64,000 nucleotides of DNA, from positions 15,128,001 to 15,192,000 of the forward strand of contig CM060731.1 of assembly GCA_030704615.1 (NCBI GenBank). Direction: 5' to 3'. Shown piece after piece: positions 1-13,170 of the stretch. The DNA comes from Takakia lepidozioides. Its lineage: Eukaryota > Plantae > Bryophyta. Position numbers and translations under genes: made by a program. Positions within the stretch are counted from its first letter, which is position 1. The number at the start of each line of letters is the position of its first letter. The notes under the pieces are model-generated. The model saw only the letters and a program-made list of their open reading frames with translations. It was not told where the DNA came from and made no database searches.

Positions 1-890
1 GCGCTTGTACTTGCTGACCATTTTTCGGCTTGTACAGACGTTGAAGGGCTAACCAGAATCTCTTGTCATTACCACCATAGTGGTTTGAGTTTACTTCGCC
101 CACATTTCTTTGTTGGCTTTCACTTTGCAGCACTCTTATAGAGGACTCGTCTCTCGGCTATCTTGAGTTTGATCTCATTGGTCCACCAATATAACAGCTC
201 TACCGCAGACAATTAGTTTCCTCCCAATGATCTTGTCAGCCACAGAGGAGACGAAACTCTCCCAAGAATCCACCACTCTTTCGACTTCATTTCTTTCATT
301 GCCAGAGAGAGACTGAAGATCTTGGAATGAATGGACAAAGTGAGGGAGAGCCTCTTGCAAGGCCTGGACATACTCAGCCTTGACCTCTTCATTTTGGAAT
401 TTTTCTACGCACCCACTTCCGAATTGAAAGTTTCACAAATGTCTTAGAGTTGGGGAAACACCTTTTGATCTCAGTCCAAACTAGGAAGTGGTCAGAGGTA
501 CCGATATCAGTTCTGTCGATCAACACATTGGCACACTGGGGAAACAAATTCTTGTCCACTATGATATAATCCACAATGGATCGTTCCCCAGTTTGGGCTT
601 TCTCACGAGTCCATTGCACTTGATCTTATTATTCAAGGTCAAAAGCTGAAAGTTCTTCCAGACAGTTTATAAACTGTCTTCCATTAGAATTCAGCTCATC
701 CTCACCAAAAGGCCCGATGGTATCCTGGTGAAGACCTTTGCCCACCCGGGCATTGAAGTCACCCAATAAGACCACCTGACCTTTGGCGAGGAACATATCG
801 CAGTCCAGCTTAACGTCTTCAAACCTGTTGACGGGGGTTGGGGACTCTCGACAGCGTACGCGGTGTGCTTCAGGACCCGAGGCCAATCAC
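1..890 (-). mobile_element. Degenerate non-LTR retrotransposon (LINE) fragment, APE endonuclease region, inside an intron of the MGDG synthase gene
   Basis: Minus-strand ORF pieces carry APE motifs VVLLGDFNARVG, NSNG, IVDYIIV and GTSDH, broken by stops/frameshifts; the fragment continues off the window start. Confidence 0.8.
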
Positions 891-1520
891 CAACGGGCTT
901 TGTCTGTGTCAGCACTAAGGGTCCCCTCTGTGGGCATGTAAACCATACCCACATACAACTGCCCATTTTGGGCGGAGGGGCTGCCCCCAAGTGGTAGGGG
1001 TCTGCTTGTTACCATTCAGAGATGACACTCCAGGGAGCTGCAGGGAATGGCCCGCGTAGGCATATTCTAAAGAGGGAGAGGCCCCAAACTCTCCAACTAA
1101 ATTAAATGCACTACCTTACCCGAAGCAAAGAGCTTAGGTCAAAACAAACAAAGACACGAGGTCACAAGGCCGGCAGTTAGTCACAGAGGCATTTATCTAC
1201 TCCCGTATCAGAGAGAGAGAGAGAGAGAAAGAGATGAGTTCAACAATCTATCAAATTGCAGAGGAACTACATAACTGATCAAAAGTATGGAGCTCAGCAC
1301 ACATCATCACTAAATTGTTCTAGTTTGATCCTTCCATAGCACTCAAACAGATTAAGAACTTTCAAATTATAAAAAATGCTTTTGACAACATGTTCGCCTT
1401 CGAATAGGGAAAAGGGATGAATCCATGGCGGCAACATGTGCATAGGCGAAGAGATTTCTACCCTGTGCAAAAGCCAACAGAGGGCATGGCCAAAGGATGG
1501 TCAGATTGGTAAAGGATTAC

Positions 1521-4258
1521 CTTGGTAATGATGCAGTCGCAGGCTGCCATCCATTCAGACATGTTGGTCACAAATCCCTTCACCTGCATATACACATGGT
1601 TTCTATTTCCTTAGAATACATACATGCTGACGCTAGACCTAAAAAATGGTTAAGAGGAGTCTTGTGGGTCAGAATTGCATCTTGCCTGGATGTTCTCCAG
1701 TGAAGGCAATGGCAGGAGGAGTGTACTCATCCACCATTTCATGTAAACCCTGAAGAGCCTATGTTCAGGATCCTAACTATCAAAACCAGGTTGTGGACTT
1801 TTGTGATCAGAGAATTTGTGCATCACAGACAGCAATCCCATGACCCGCTGATGGGATGTTGATTTAAGGGTGTTGAAATATCCTTGAAAGCATGCTTTTG
1901 ATTGCTATATCAGCCCCCCACCTAATGCACAGTGCCAAATCTGGTTGTGGCTGCACCGCCAATGAACACTGCAGAGAAAGAAGGGTGGAAGAGAACAAGA
2001 GACCTGCACAGGCATTAGCCAGTTGATCTGCTGAAGCTTATTCACAAGCCGCTTGTTGCGGCCGCAAACAACCACAAGTTGCCCAATTGGCTTCCCACTG
2101 TCAGCATCATACAAGGCCTCACCCAGAGCCAGTGCAGTAGATTCCACTGGACCCATGCCCTCCCCACCTCCCATCAACAGAACTGCAGGTAGCTCCTCAT
2201 CCATACCAAGCTCCTTTCGCAACTCGTCCTGAACCCCAGGCCATAGATTTGAGCATTGGATCAATGACAACCTTTCATTTGCAGATTTTCAATGGTTACT
2301 CCACAGAATCAGACAAGGTGCGAAACCAACCTTGGGACGTGTGGCATTACAAAAGGTGGGACGGATGGGAAGGCCATGCACTATGATCTGAGAATCATGA
2401 AGACCTGCCTTGCGAGCTCTCTGAGCCACCTCCTTTGTCGGACAAAAGCATTTCGTCACTAGCTTGTGGAACCTGCAATGCCACACTGCCACCAATTAGT
2501 TGTTGTTAGTTGCATCAACTTATAGAAACCTCCACAATGTTTGATGACAGAAAAGACCAAGTCTATAAAACAAGAACAGGGCCTACCAAGTAGGATGACA
2601 CGTGCTGAGGTCGGTGATGACAGTGGTGAAAGGAATCTTATTAAGAAGGCCCCGGGCACGTAGGACCCGCAATGGGATATGCTGCATCAATGGATGCACA
2701 CTCACGATCACATCTGGCCGATACTTTATCAGGCACTTTGATACCTCCCTACAGAGCCCCAGACCCAAAAACAATAAAAAGGGTTAGAACCTGGCTTCGG
2801 AAGTGACTATCCTGAAGAGGTCCTTTCAGATATCATAGCTATATATTGTAAACAGAGGCCATCCATTGTCACTGGGAGTAGCACAGAAGCGAACCAACGT
2901 AACCTCAGAGGACTAGAATATCTATCACAAAGAACAAAATATATTCAAAAGCAGTTCACACAGTTGAGGAGCTGCTGAATCAACACTAGAAATGAACCTT
3001 TTCGGCTAGGCATTACCGGGCAACAAAGGGGGCTGTCAACTGCATCTGTGACTGATGCACAAAACGAGGTGCTGTGCTGTGGAATGCCAGCTTCCATAGG
3101 GTCTCGTGCTTCACCAGAAAGCTATAGGTTCTTGGCACTTGATTGAAAGGCCAGGGTGTGTACTCCTTCCACAGGTCAATTATACTGACCTAACCACCTC
3201 CCCCAAAAAATTCCAGTCCAGTACCTGAGAATGTCAGTTCCCAATAAATTGAGGTAAGCTGCCCGCAGATACATGCAGAGAGTAACAATGCTGCATTCAT
3301 CAGTCCAATGCCTGTAGAGCGCAAATGTAACCTCCTATCTGATGGGCAACCTCACTATGGAATGGCCCAAAACCAACATCGTATCACTTGGAACTTACCG
3401 CTGGTCAAAAACTCAAAATTGACATTATGTGGCACAGGTAGAATGCCATGGCACCATATTTTCATTGAATGAAGGCGTACTCTCTTTGCAAACATTGGTA
3501 TAATGGACCGTCGATCTCCATACTCTGTGCACGATGTTGCCCCTATGGTGCGGTTTAGGTTGGCATGGAACGTCATGTGAGATGTTAACATAATCACTGC
3601 TATTGTAGTTTTCACTGCACCTTAAAAAAGAGTGACAGCTTGTGAAAATAGTTAAAACGCAAGACATAAAGGAGACAATTGAGAGACAGAGAGAGGGAAA
3701 TGCTGAGGTACATAGCCAGATAGGAGAAGACGCACACACCTTGTACTCATCCCCATATTCCAGCTCAAAAGTGGCTTTGATGGCCTCGGCCGAAGCTCGA
3801 TGGCCGCCGCCAGTGTCACTCATGAGAATCAGGACGCGCTTCTCACGCCGGTTTTTTCCGAAGGACTGGCCCTCATCACCCAACACCTCTTCCTCTGGCA
3901 GATCGTCCACGGCCTCAGCCCCATTTTGAAGACGCAACCTCCCTTTCTGACTCAAGGATGCCAATCCCCGCGGCACCCTCTCACAATTCCTTCTAATTAG
4001 TTTGTTAAGTTGCTGCAAAATCCTTTCTTGAAACCTGTCGCTTCTCAGATTCAAGTCCCCCACTGTCAGCACCGACACACAGTAGCCTCTGGACCCCTGC
4101 TTGCATATCTGCTTGGCTTCCACTGCCCCTGAAAATCCTGGGGTGCCACCATGTGTGTGCAATCCCTGCTTTGAGCACAAATCTCTCAGATAAGTAGTGT
4201 AATTCTTCACCAGCTTTGTCCTCTTATCCCCAAGACTATTCAACTCTATATATTCCAT
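1521..4258 (-). CDS. MGD1: Monogalactosyldiacylglycerol (MGDG) synthase, 5' six exons (3740-4258, 3017-3189, 2587-2748, 2331-2472, 2004-2228, 1521-1583); 3' exons lie left of the window
   Basis: Exons with GT/AG boundaries translate to [81 protein letters not shown] and [21 protein letters not shown], typical of plant MGD synthases. The long N-terminal extension fits a type-A-like enzyme. Confidence 0.93.
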
Positions 4259-5284
4259 TCGATGCTTCCTGTCGCAAAGAATACGCTCTCATCCGAATCC
4301 CACGAACAAACAACCTCCTCTCCACTTCACACCAACCCCTTCCAGACAAAATCTTCCTCTCTTCAACATCAAATGTACTCAACTTCGAGATTGTAATCTG
4401 CGAATCTGCTCCTCAAGCAGAGCAGATCGACGAGACAGTCGCTACATGTCTATTGGATAGTCGGCGAGCCACATCAGCTACCGATAATGCTAGCCCTAGC
4501 CTGAGATCCTATTGTAACTCTGCGTGTCCCTATTGTGGCGACACTATAATATATTGTTTTATTGTTTGTATCTTATTACATATTACCGTTATGCAGGTAA
4601 CGCTTCAGGATTATGAGTGAATTCACGTAATTATTAAAATATTTTCTCAAAAATAGTGGGAAAGCGTGATGACACGTGTCCCAAGAACCCCTAAGCAATC
4701 CAACTGTCATCCATCCAGGGTGCATTTTATCATCCAGTCTCCCCTACCTTCTCTCTCGTCTCTCTCGACCCGATCTGTGAGTATCTGCGCTGGATACTGT
4801 GTCGGAACAAGCGGAGTTCAATGGAGCTCTTGCAATCCTATTGCAGGGAGATGTGGAAACGAATATCTTCAAAGAGCATCACAAATGTCACGGGGAAGAG
4901 TAGACTGGTCATCCAATCATGTGCCCACCGATGGTGCTGATTGTGGTTCGAAATTCAGGTATGTTTTCTCCATGTGTAGAATTAGGTGTGTGTAGATATC
5001 ACATTCATGAAAATGGTGCGCGCTGTTTCGTGCCACACATGCCTCTCCAACCTCGTAACTTCTTCTCTCTTTCTCTCAGACAGATGCCATGCTATGGTAT
5101 GATGTGGGCAGCTCCTGTGGATTGTGTAGCACAGGTAGCAACAGTATGGCAATCTGCAACTATTGCAACGATGTGCGTCTCTCGTCTTTCTCATTAGAAA
5201 GGGGTTTCTTGGTGAAGCAGTATACATTCATATGTCCCGACATGGCGCACTGACAAAAAAAAGTAAAGCGAGGGATAGAGAGCC

Positions 5285-6004
5285 ATGGGGCTGAGCAAGG
5301 AGGAGGTGAGGTTAAGGAGGCTGCTGGCAGCCATCCCCGAGCAGAAAAATGAGGCCAAGTTGAAATACTACGTGGGCACCATGCGCGAGCTCCTCGCTGT
5401 ATTGATGGGCGATGATGCCCATCAGGGTCTGCCTTCTATTACTGCCGCCAAGGCCAACGAGTATGCCCGCCGAATTGAAGCTGTGGCACAAAGCGTCAAG
5501 GGCAGGGCCGTGCCTGACAGTGCGGTGAATGCTCTGATTCTACCTAGTGAAGTGCCAACTGCGCGAAGTAACGAAACCACTGAAGTATCGACTGCGTGGA
5601 GCAATCGTGGCTCTGAGGTGTCTCCAACCCTAAGGAGGCGTCTCCCCCGTGAAAATGGCATAGCCCGGCAGAGTAATAAGCTTGGGAGGTTTGAGGCAAC
5701 CACGCAGACTGTGATACAGAAGCACAGGGAGCTGCAGGAGGGGCTGACTGACGAGATGGTGGTGCTGGCTTCACAGCTCAAGGACCATAGCCTGCTCATG
5801 GATCGCAGCCTGCGGGAGACGGAGGAGGTGCTAGAGTCCACAGAGGCTGCTGTGGAGCACAGCCTGGCCACCACCAACCGTGCCAACCTTCGCACAGGCC
5901 GGCTCTACTCCCAGAGCTGGAAAACAGGCTGTCTGACTTGGCTTCTTCTCTTCGTTGTTTCTGCTATGTTCCTATTCATGGTTTTTCTCATTCGAGTCAC
6001 ATGA
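5285..6004 (+). CDS. USE1: USE1-like Qc-SNARE (ER retrograde transport), single exon, 239 aa
   Basis: The N-terminus EVRLRRLLAAIPEQKNEAKLKYYVGTMRE resembles plant Use1; it has a SNARE coil (HRELQEGLTDEMVVLASQLK...STEAAVEHSLA) and a C-terminal transmembrane anchor ending LIRVT. Confidence 0.88.
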   Translation: MGLSKEEVRLRRLLAAIPEQKNEAKLKYYVGTMRELLAVLMGDDAHQGLPSITAAKANEYARRIEAVAQSVKGRAVPDSAVNALILPSEVPTARSNETTEVSTAWSNRGSEVSPTLRRRLPRENGIARQSNKLGRFEATTQTVIQKHRELQEGLTDEMVVLASQLKDHSLLMDRSLRETEEVLESTEAAVEHSLATTNRANLRTGRLYSQSWKTGCLTWLLLFVVSAMFLFMVFLIRVT

Positions 6005-9000
6005 CTGACTCAAATGAGTAGGCTGCTGGACAGATCCTTTGCATGTTTGAAAAGTATCATTTTGAAATTATGTTTGCCTCTGGAGTCTGCCTACAAGAAC
6101 AGAAGAGTCGTCAGGATGTACGGACAACAATATGGTGTGGGTAGTGGAACCTTGGATTTATCGCAGAGCAAGAGCAGGGCAGGATGAGCCAGCCATCTCA
6201 CTATCTTGGATAGGATATACATCAAAGGACATTTTGGAGGCAATATGGAGGGCCCAGACCGAACGCACTTACCATTGAACTTACCATTGAAGGAGGCCCT
6301 CGGTGATCATACTGGCTCATTTGTTCTCCTCATTGGGTTTATGGTGGGAAGGCCTGACGAGCTCAGCCTACTGAGTGCGACCCACAAGTGTCTCCCGCCT
6401 CCCTTCTTCTACAGTATTCAGATGCTCTGAGAGCTGGAAGACTGCGCAATTTGATGCCGATTGGGGCTTCATGGAATTATGTGCCAGAGGGAAGGAGATC
6501 GGATCAGATGGGCACCCCAACCTCCTGCCACCTGGGGACTCTCCTAACCGCTGGAATTCACCTGCTGATCCCAAGGACCGGGATATCAAGTTGAGACACC
6601 GGAAGAACTGGGACTCCAAGGTCCGGGCTCATCTCAACTTTGAGCCCCTGCGCCAGAGGCGTCTTGCAGCACTATGGCTGGCCAGGTTGCATCTCAGTTA
6701 ACCTCCACGGACGGGAGGAGACATCGCTGCGAGTTCTGCATGTGCAGCTTGTAGTATGGTTTAGTGATTCCTCGGAGTAGGATTTAGGTCCCAGTGCTAT
6801 TCTCCTTCAGGATTTACTACAGGCTCTCTTTTATACTCACAGGTTCACTGCTCTCCCCATGTGTTCTTCTTGTTCTTCCGATTTTCTACAGGGTACATTT
6901 TTAGGCTCCCAGGATGGTGGTCGATTTTCTTTGCCAGTTTAGGCTGTCCTCAGATCTGGCTTCTGCATGTAGGTCCTGCGTTGCCATTCCTTATCAGTGT
7001 CTGGGGGCCTCACTTCCAGCTGTAAAGTGGTCGTCTCATGATCGTCGGAACTCGTACCTTGTTCTCTAGGATCTCTATGATTAGTTTTTCAAGAGTCTTG
7101 GATCATAGCTTCCCGAAACTCTGAGGGATCCTCTGACTTAGGATTAAGCTTTGCCCTCGGTGGCTGGTGGATGGGTTTTGCCCCATCTCGCTGATGTTTG
7201 CCTCATGGTCCTCGGTCTTGGTTATTTTTTCCAAGACACCTTAAGACGATTTACAGGGCCTTTCCCCTTCTTTTTTTTCCTTTTTTTTTTGAATGTAAAG
7301 CTGATGGATCATAACTGATACCTAAGCAATACCGGAGGAAGAGCCACAAAGTGAATGGAGCTGTGAATTGTAGACTGAGCGAGAAATGCCAAACACAAGC
7401 ACAGATCGCATTAGAAGCTTGGACTGCAAATGGGTCAATTCTCGAGCTCAAGGAGAGCGGGCCGTCCTTGCACAGGGGCCATTCTATTCGGCTCTGTAGT
7501 GCTCCAGTTTTTATCACATCTCACGAGAGACAAATAATGCACTTCTGATGCACTTCTGTTACAGTATATGTGCGACCGAGATACAAGATATGGTATATGC
7601 GCAGGCTTTGTTTGTTTGAAGAATTTCGTTGTTGGAGCACAAATCTTAGTAGAAGTAACACTAAACTTGAGCATCACAAGCTGGGGAGAAGTGGTCAACC
7701 GCTGGTGTTTGAATGGGTTTAGGGCCTTTTAACGCAATTGTGTGGATATCTGGAGATGAATTGTACAACCAGTGGGCGCCCAGTGAGCTGCTGTCTGCAG
7801 TGGTGCAGATACTTGGACATACTCGTTTGGTGTGGACAAGGAATTTGCGCGATCCGTGGAACGTTGTCCACAAGCTCCAATGTCGTCTTTGCCAATGGGC
7901 ACTCGAGAAGTTTATTTCAGCTCTGCCTATGCAAATTGGACTTCGTCATCATCAGCAGGGTCCAGGAGAATCTGAAGCTTTGAGGTACTCCTGGAACACT
8001 GCAACGCTGGGCTCTGTCAAAGGCTGGCGCTCCAGTCTTGCCTGCCAGTGTCGGCAATAGTCAGGGCGATCAGACGAGTGCTATTAAAAGAGCGCCTAGT
8101 CCAACTTGTCACAACCTTTCGTGGCCCGTTAGTGTGCGCTGATTGGGTGTCGAGAAAATCCTATAGCTGAGCTTGGACATCTTCAGACACAATTCTCCAG
8201 AAGAGGAGCACGCCAAGGCTTACTACTTACTACCCTTCCTTCTGACTTTGATTAAACATTCCCAGGCTGCACCAAATTTGGTCACTGTTGTATGTACATA
8301 TGCGCAAAGAAGCAGCGTCGTCCTTTCCGTTACGTGTGTTTGTGGCGCACCCTGAACAGTTTGTCACAGCCTTCATGACTGACACCCATCTACTTGCTCC
8401 TCTCCACCCAAATGCGTTCATTGCAAGAGTCGCAGGGTGGGTCCACGCTGATTAAATGGGACAGAATTATGTGGACAGATGGCAAACTTGTGTGTCATAT
8501 TCCCTTATTTATAAAGACCTCTTTACCCACTGCTGGTAACCCAGTTGAGGTCTAGAACCTGGGCACTTTGGACTAATTACACGCTATTCGGAGCGGTTCA
8601 TTGTGTACATGATGTGCGCATGTTTTTGAGGTAATGAGATGAAAGGTTACCCCAAAATTGGGTAGCATCAGAAGTAAATGCGCATAGATAGAGGTGAAGA
8701 AATGAAAGGTCTCCAAAGCAGCAGAGTTCCTTGTTCCTCAACAGGTGGTTATCTATGGCGTGAAAGGGCCATGGGTAGTTAAGATGCTTGTATCGGTAAT
8801 TATAGCCAGTGCCTAAAATTTTGGATTTGGGCCATGATACAGGTAAGCCTCCCTTGCACTCCCTTCTTTAATGCTCCGGCGCTCCCTTCGCCCTCTCCCA
8901 CTCTGTCGTCAATTGTCTAGCATTACCCCCTCGACGGAAGCAACCAGCATCAGGTATGTGAGAGTCAGCCCTCTCTCACAGTTCCCTTTGACAGCGGCTG

Positions 9001-9137
9001 TGAGGATATGGTCTGTCGATTTCAGCTGCGTACGCTTGGGGCAGCTCCTGAAGATGCAAACTTGTAGCTCTGGGGCAGTGAAGTTGTGAACATCTAGCCT
9101 GACTGACAGGAGGGAGTGATCTGCATGCTGGAAAACC

Positions 9138-11348
9138 ATGGGCTGGATGAGACTGCTGGTAGCTGTATGCTTGGCAATGGTGGTCGGTTCCACTGCTGTC
9201 AACTTTTTGGACAACTTCGACAGTTTTGGTGACGCAAGTCATGTGAAAGTGCTCAATAATGGCGAGCAAGTCCAGCTGGTTCTCGACCAGCAAGCTGGTA
9301 TAGATCCTCCATAATCTCCATATGCATATCATGGACATTGCAATGGGCTTTCCAATAGAAGTTCAGTGGATTGGATTATTTGCGGACCACGATCGTTTAC
9401 TTGCCTTCTTCGCTGGAAGGTGTGAAGGTGTGGTGTGCACGCAACTCCTTGGATTCAACAATAACTTAGATATATGATCTGAAAATGGTTTCCAATCTGG
9501 AGCCTTCGCTGAGCTACAGAGGAGCTTTAAATAAACCCAGCAAAGCCATGTACAATATCATCTCGATACCAGAATAAATCTACTGTAGTTCGAATGGTGT
9601 TGTGTCTAGGCAGATATTTACTTACATATGCAGGATCTGATGTTGCGTTCAACCCAATTACTTGAGATTATTGATCGAGCTATATATTTTGAGGACAAAC
9701 AAGGTTGCTGAATGCTTGATTACTGTGGGAAAATGTGTGTTCAATCCAGCTGCAGGATTTGGATCGAAGAACCAGTATCTATTTGGGTACATTGATATGC
9801 AGATTCAGCTTAATCCTGGCAACTCGGCTGGCACTGTTACTGCCTACTATGTAAGGACGTCCCTCACATGTATCACTTGCGAGTATTTCCCATGGTCGTG
9901 TAGGCCTACCTGAAGTTATGGACAATACAGCCGACTATAATGGTCCTAGCTGATTAGTAAACCTGTAGAAATGATAAACCGTGCAGATCAGATCCATCAC
10001 CAATAGACGCACCTCTACTTTGTACGATATGATTTTGTACACAAGGGTTACTCCTGAATATGCACGGCAACGTCGGACACTACAATTCACTATAGAGATA
10101 GAGAGGAATATGTGTATGTACATGTCCATTATCCTAATTTATTTTAATTCTGGATTGTGACCTGGTATAGGTGCGCAGACCATGTATATGTTAGATTTCT
10201 GGTACTCATGTCTAGATCCTGAACTTCAATCTACATATCTCAACTGGATACCAAAGTTGACTTTGAACGGAAGTTACCATAAATCTTGCAGTTCTATGCT
10301 CAAACAAATAATGATTTGAAAAGGACTCCTCATTTCTTGCTGAGTTACTTAAGGATTCGTCAGATGTGCGTGTACGCAGCTGTCGTCTCAAGGGAATCTC
10401 CACGATGAGATGGACTTCGAGTTTCTTGGCAATGCTTCCGGACAGCCTGTCGTCCTGCAGACAAATGTGTATGCTCAAGGAGTAGGCAATCGGGAGCAGC
10501 GTATTGGGCTCTGGTTTGACCCTTCAGCCGATTTCCACACATACTCTTTTCTCTGGAACAGGTTTCACATAATGTAAGTGATTCGACCTCGGACCTCGGA
10601 CATTTGGATTTTCTCAAATTGTCAAGGACTATTCATAGTGAAACTTGTACATACATATAATCACAGGGAGCTCGATGTAGATTGACTTGGTGACAGTGTC
10701 CGCGCATTTCTTCACCTGGGTTGGAGAACTGTTGGGTCGCGGAACTCTTGATGTATATATGTAGTTTTCAATTTGTCAGGGAGCTTGTCAATTACCAAGG
10801 TCGATTATACATGTATGAATCAATGATTTAGGAGGAGCTCACAGTTTCGAGAGGTCGTTGTGTAGCGGAACGGGCTTGACTAAGTTTAGTTTATCCTTTG
10901 ATTTGTCACTAACAATGGATTCTTGGTTATAATTCGCTGCAGTTTCCTTGTAGACTCGATACCCATTCGTGTATTCTTTAACAACGAAGACTTGGGCGTG
11001 CCCTACCCCAACAAGCAGCCTATGCATCTCTACACGAGCATTTGGAATGGTGATTCTTGGGCCACCCAGGGCGGGCTTGTCAAGCTTAACTGGACCGATG
11101 CACCGTTTTTCACGAACTATCAGAGATTTGATGGTCTGGATGGTTGCCAAGTGATCAACAACGACGCCTCTTCTTGCATTGGCACTTCGTCCAGTTACTG
11201 GTGGGAGTCACAACTCTACCAAACCCTGAATACCACCCAGACGAATTTGTTGAACTGGGTGCGACAACACTACCTCCAATACGATTACTGTTACGATCGC
11301 TCACGTTACCCCTCGCAGCCGCCTGAATGCAGCCGCAACACCATCTAG
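9138..11348 (+). CDS. XTH: Xyloglucan endotransglucosylase/hydrolase (GH16 XTH), 4 exons: 9138-9297, 9750-9850, 10380-10573, 10943-11348
   Basis: Signal peptide, [12 protein letters not shown], catalytic [34 protein letters not shown] and C-terminal [10 protein letters not shown]...PPEC; canonical XTH intron positions, and the exons join in frame. Confidence 0.95.
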
Positions 11349-11817
11349 CTCAAGTTCTCTTTCAAGTTCCCAGAAGAGAATAAGGCCATGGAACCCTTGG
11401 ACAGCTAAAACAGAAGGAGATCTATGTACACCTATTTTCCTCCTGTTCAAAAATTGCAGGGTAGAAAATGGGTTTAACAATCGGGACCGGGCCAATGTAG
11501 GATCAGTGGTTACATAGCCCAAAAGCTCATGGCGTCACAGACCCTACAACCTTCAACCAGCACAAGTCCATTTTGCTCTATGGAGTTACCCTATCCCATA
11601 TGTATAGCTCGATTCGAGGGAACTGGTTCTGTGATATTTCACCATTCCATCAATTACTGAGAATTTGAAAGTATTGTCACGTGCAACTGTCACCAGGCAT
11701 TTCTCTCTTTCTAGGTGATATTTGGTTTTTCTAGCTCCTGATTCTTATGCAGGATACTTTTGAGGGAGTACTGTTAATCAATCCTGAGTTCTCATCCAGT
11801 GCAGACCTTGTACTCAA

Positions 11818-13170
11818 TTACCCGGTGGCAGTTTCAATTTCAAAGTGCACAATCTTGAATGCTCCACATCACAGCTTTACATATCATCAAACCCATCTTA
11901 CATTGGTCTGCAGAAAGCGATGTTTTCTACAGCAACCTGCGCAACCTGCTTTTCTCTCAAACTCCTATTTCCAACCCGTGCAGGGGGGAAGGAGGTGATC
12001 CATGAATGATGTATCACCAAGCTTGTGGGTAGATTGCATTAGAAACTAGACTTGCCCCTGGACAACATCGGTAAAGCAGTCTACGTGCTATGTACTTTGT
12101 ACATGCCATTGATAACTTCCACTATCCTGGTATTCCTAATAACTAACTATTTTACTGTAAATAGTCTGTCATTCGAGGAAATGCGGCTCAACTTCAGCTG
12201 ACATGTTATGATAGTTCTTCGCACAAGCCGCGCCAGACTTCAAATTGTTCGACAAGGAAAAGGAACATAACCTTGAAATCAGCACACGTCCTACACTTAC
12301 TTTTGGAAGGAAGTCATTTTCTTTGGCGGCCAAGATGGCGTGAGGAAGGCCTTGCCGACTTTTTTCTGAACCAGGATTGTGGTTAGTGTCCAGCACATTA
12401 GTAGTTGCAGGATTTTTAGACAATACTACTGTTCTGTTACGTTATATATACTGTGATACGTCTGACCAGTCTGCTATGTCCTAAACCTGATCAATACCAA
12501 AACAACACTGGAAAAAACCCGTAGGATTTTCCGCCCCCTACCTAAACCTATGTACAATACTTCTCCAGAGAATGTGGATTCTGCATTTTGTAACTGGTTT
12601 CGGTTTCCATGGAGCCCACCCCCGAAAGGGGGCAGTACCCGCAAGGGGAGGAGGCTCTTATTTGTACACTAGCTCCGGCTGGCGTCATATATATAGAGAG
12701 GAAGGCCCAGAGTGGAGAGGCCCTGTGAGATTCCATGAGCGACTCTCAAATATGTACCTGCTGTTGACATATTCAACATTTAATATTTCAGTGACCCTTC
12801 GATGAGTGACTATGAACAGTCGACTCAGAGAAATACGAAGAGGCATTGGAGGTCAAGAGACGACTCAATGTGTGCTGGAACTGTATGGACAAAGTAGCAC
12901 CGATATTGTCCAGGGGCAAGTCTAGTTTCTAATGCAATCCACCCACCAGCTTGGTGATACATCATTCTTGGATCACCTCCTTCCCTCCTGCATGGGTTGG
13001 AAATAGGAATTCAAGAGAAAAGTAGATGCAGTCGCCCAGGTTGCTGTAGAAGACATGGCTTTCTACAGATCAGTATAAGAAGACATTTCGATAAGATGGG
13101 TTTGATGAGATGTAAGCTGTGTTGTGGAGTATTCTTGTGCACTTCGAAAATTGAAACTGCCACCTGGGTA
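11818..13170. repeat. Diverged inverted duplication: arms ~11818-12072 and ~12899-13170 around an ~830 bp spacer
   Basis: For example ttgcattagaaactagacttgcccctggacaa (~12034-12064) is the reverse complement of ttgtccaggggcaagtctagtttctaatgcaa (~12906-12937); similarity extends ~250 bp with indels. Confidence 0.85.

Noticed and set aside
5422-5895. 157-aa antisense ORF
   Set aside because: Shadow of the USE1 coding strand.
6200-8420. Possible degenerate LINE or gene fragments
   Set aside because: No diagnostic motif could be recognised with confidence.
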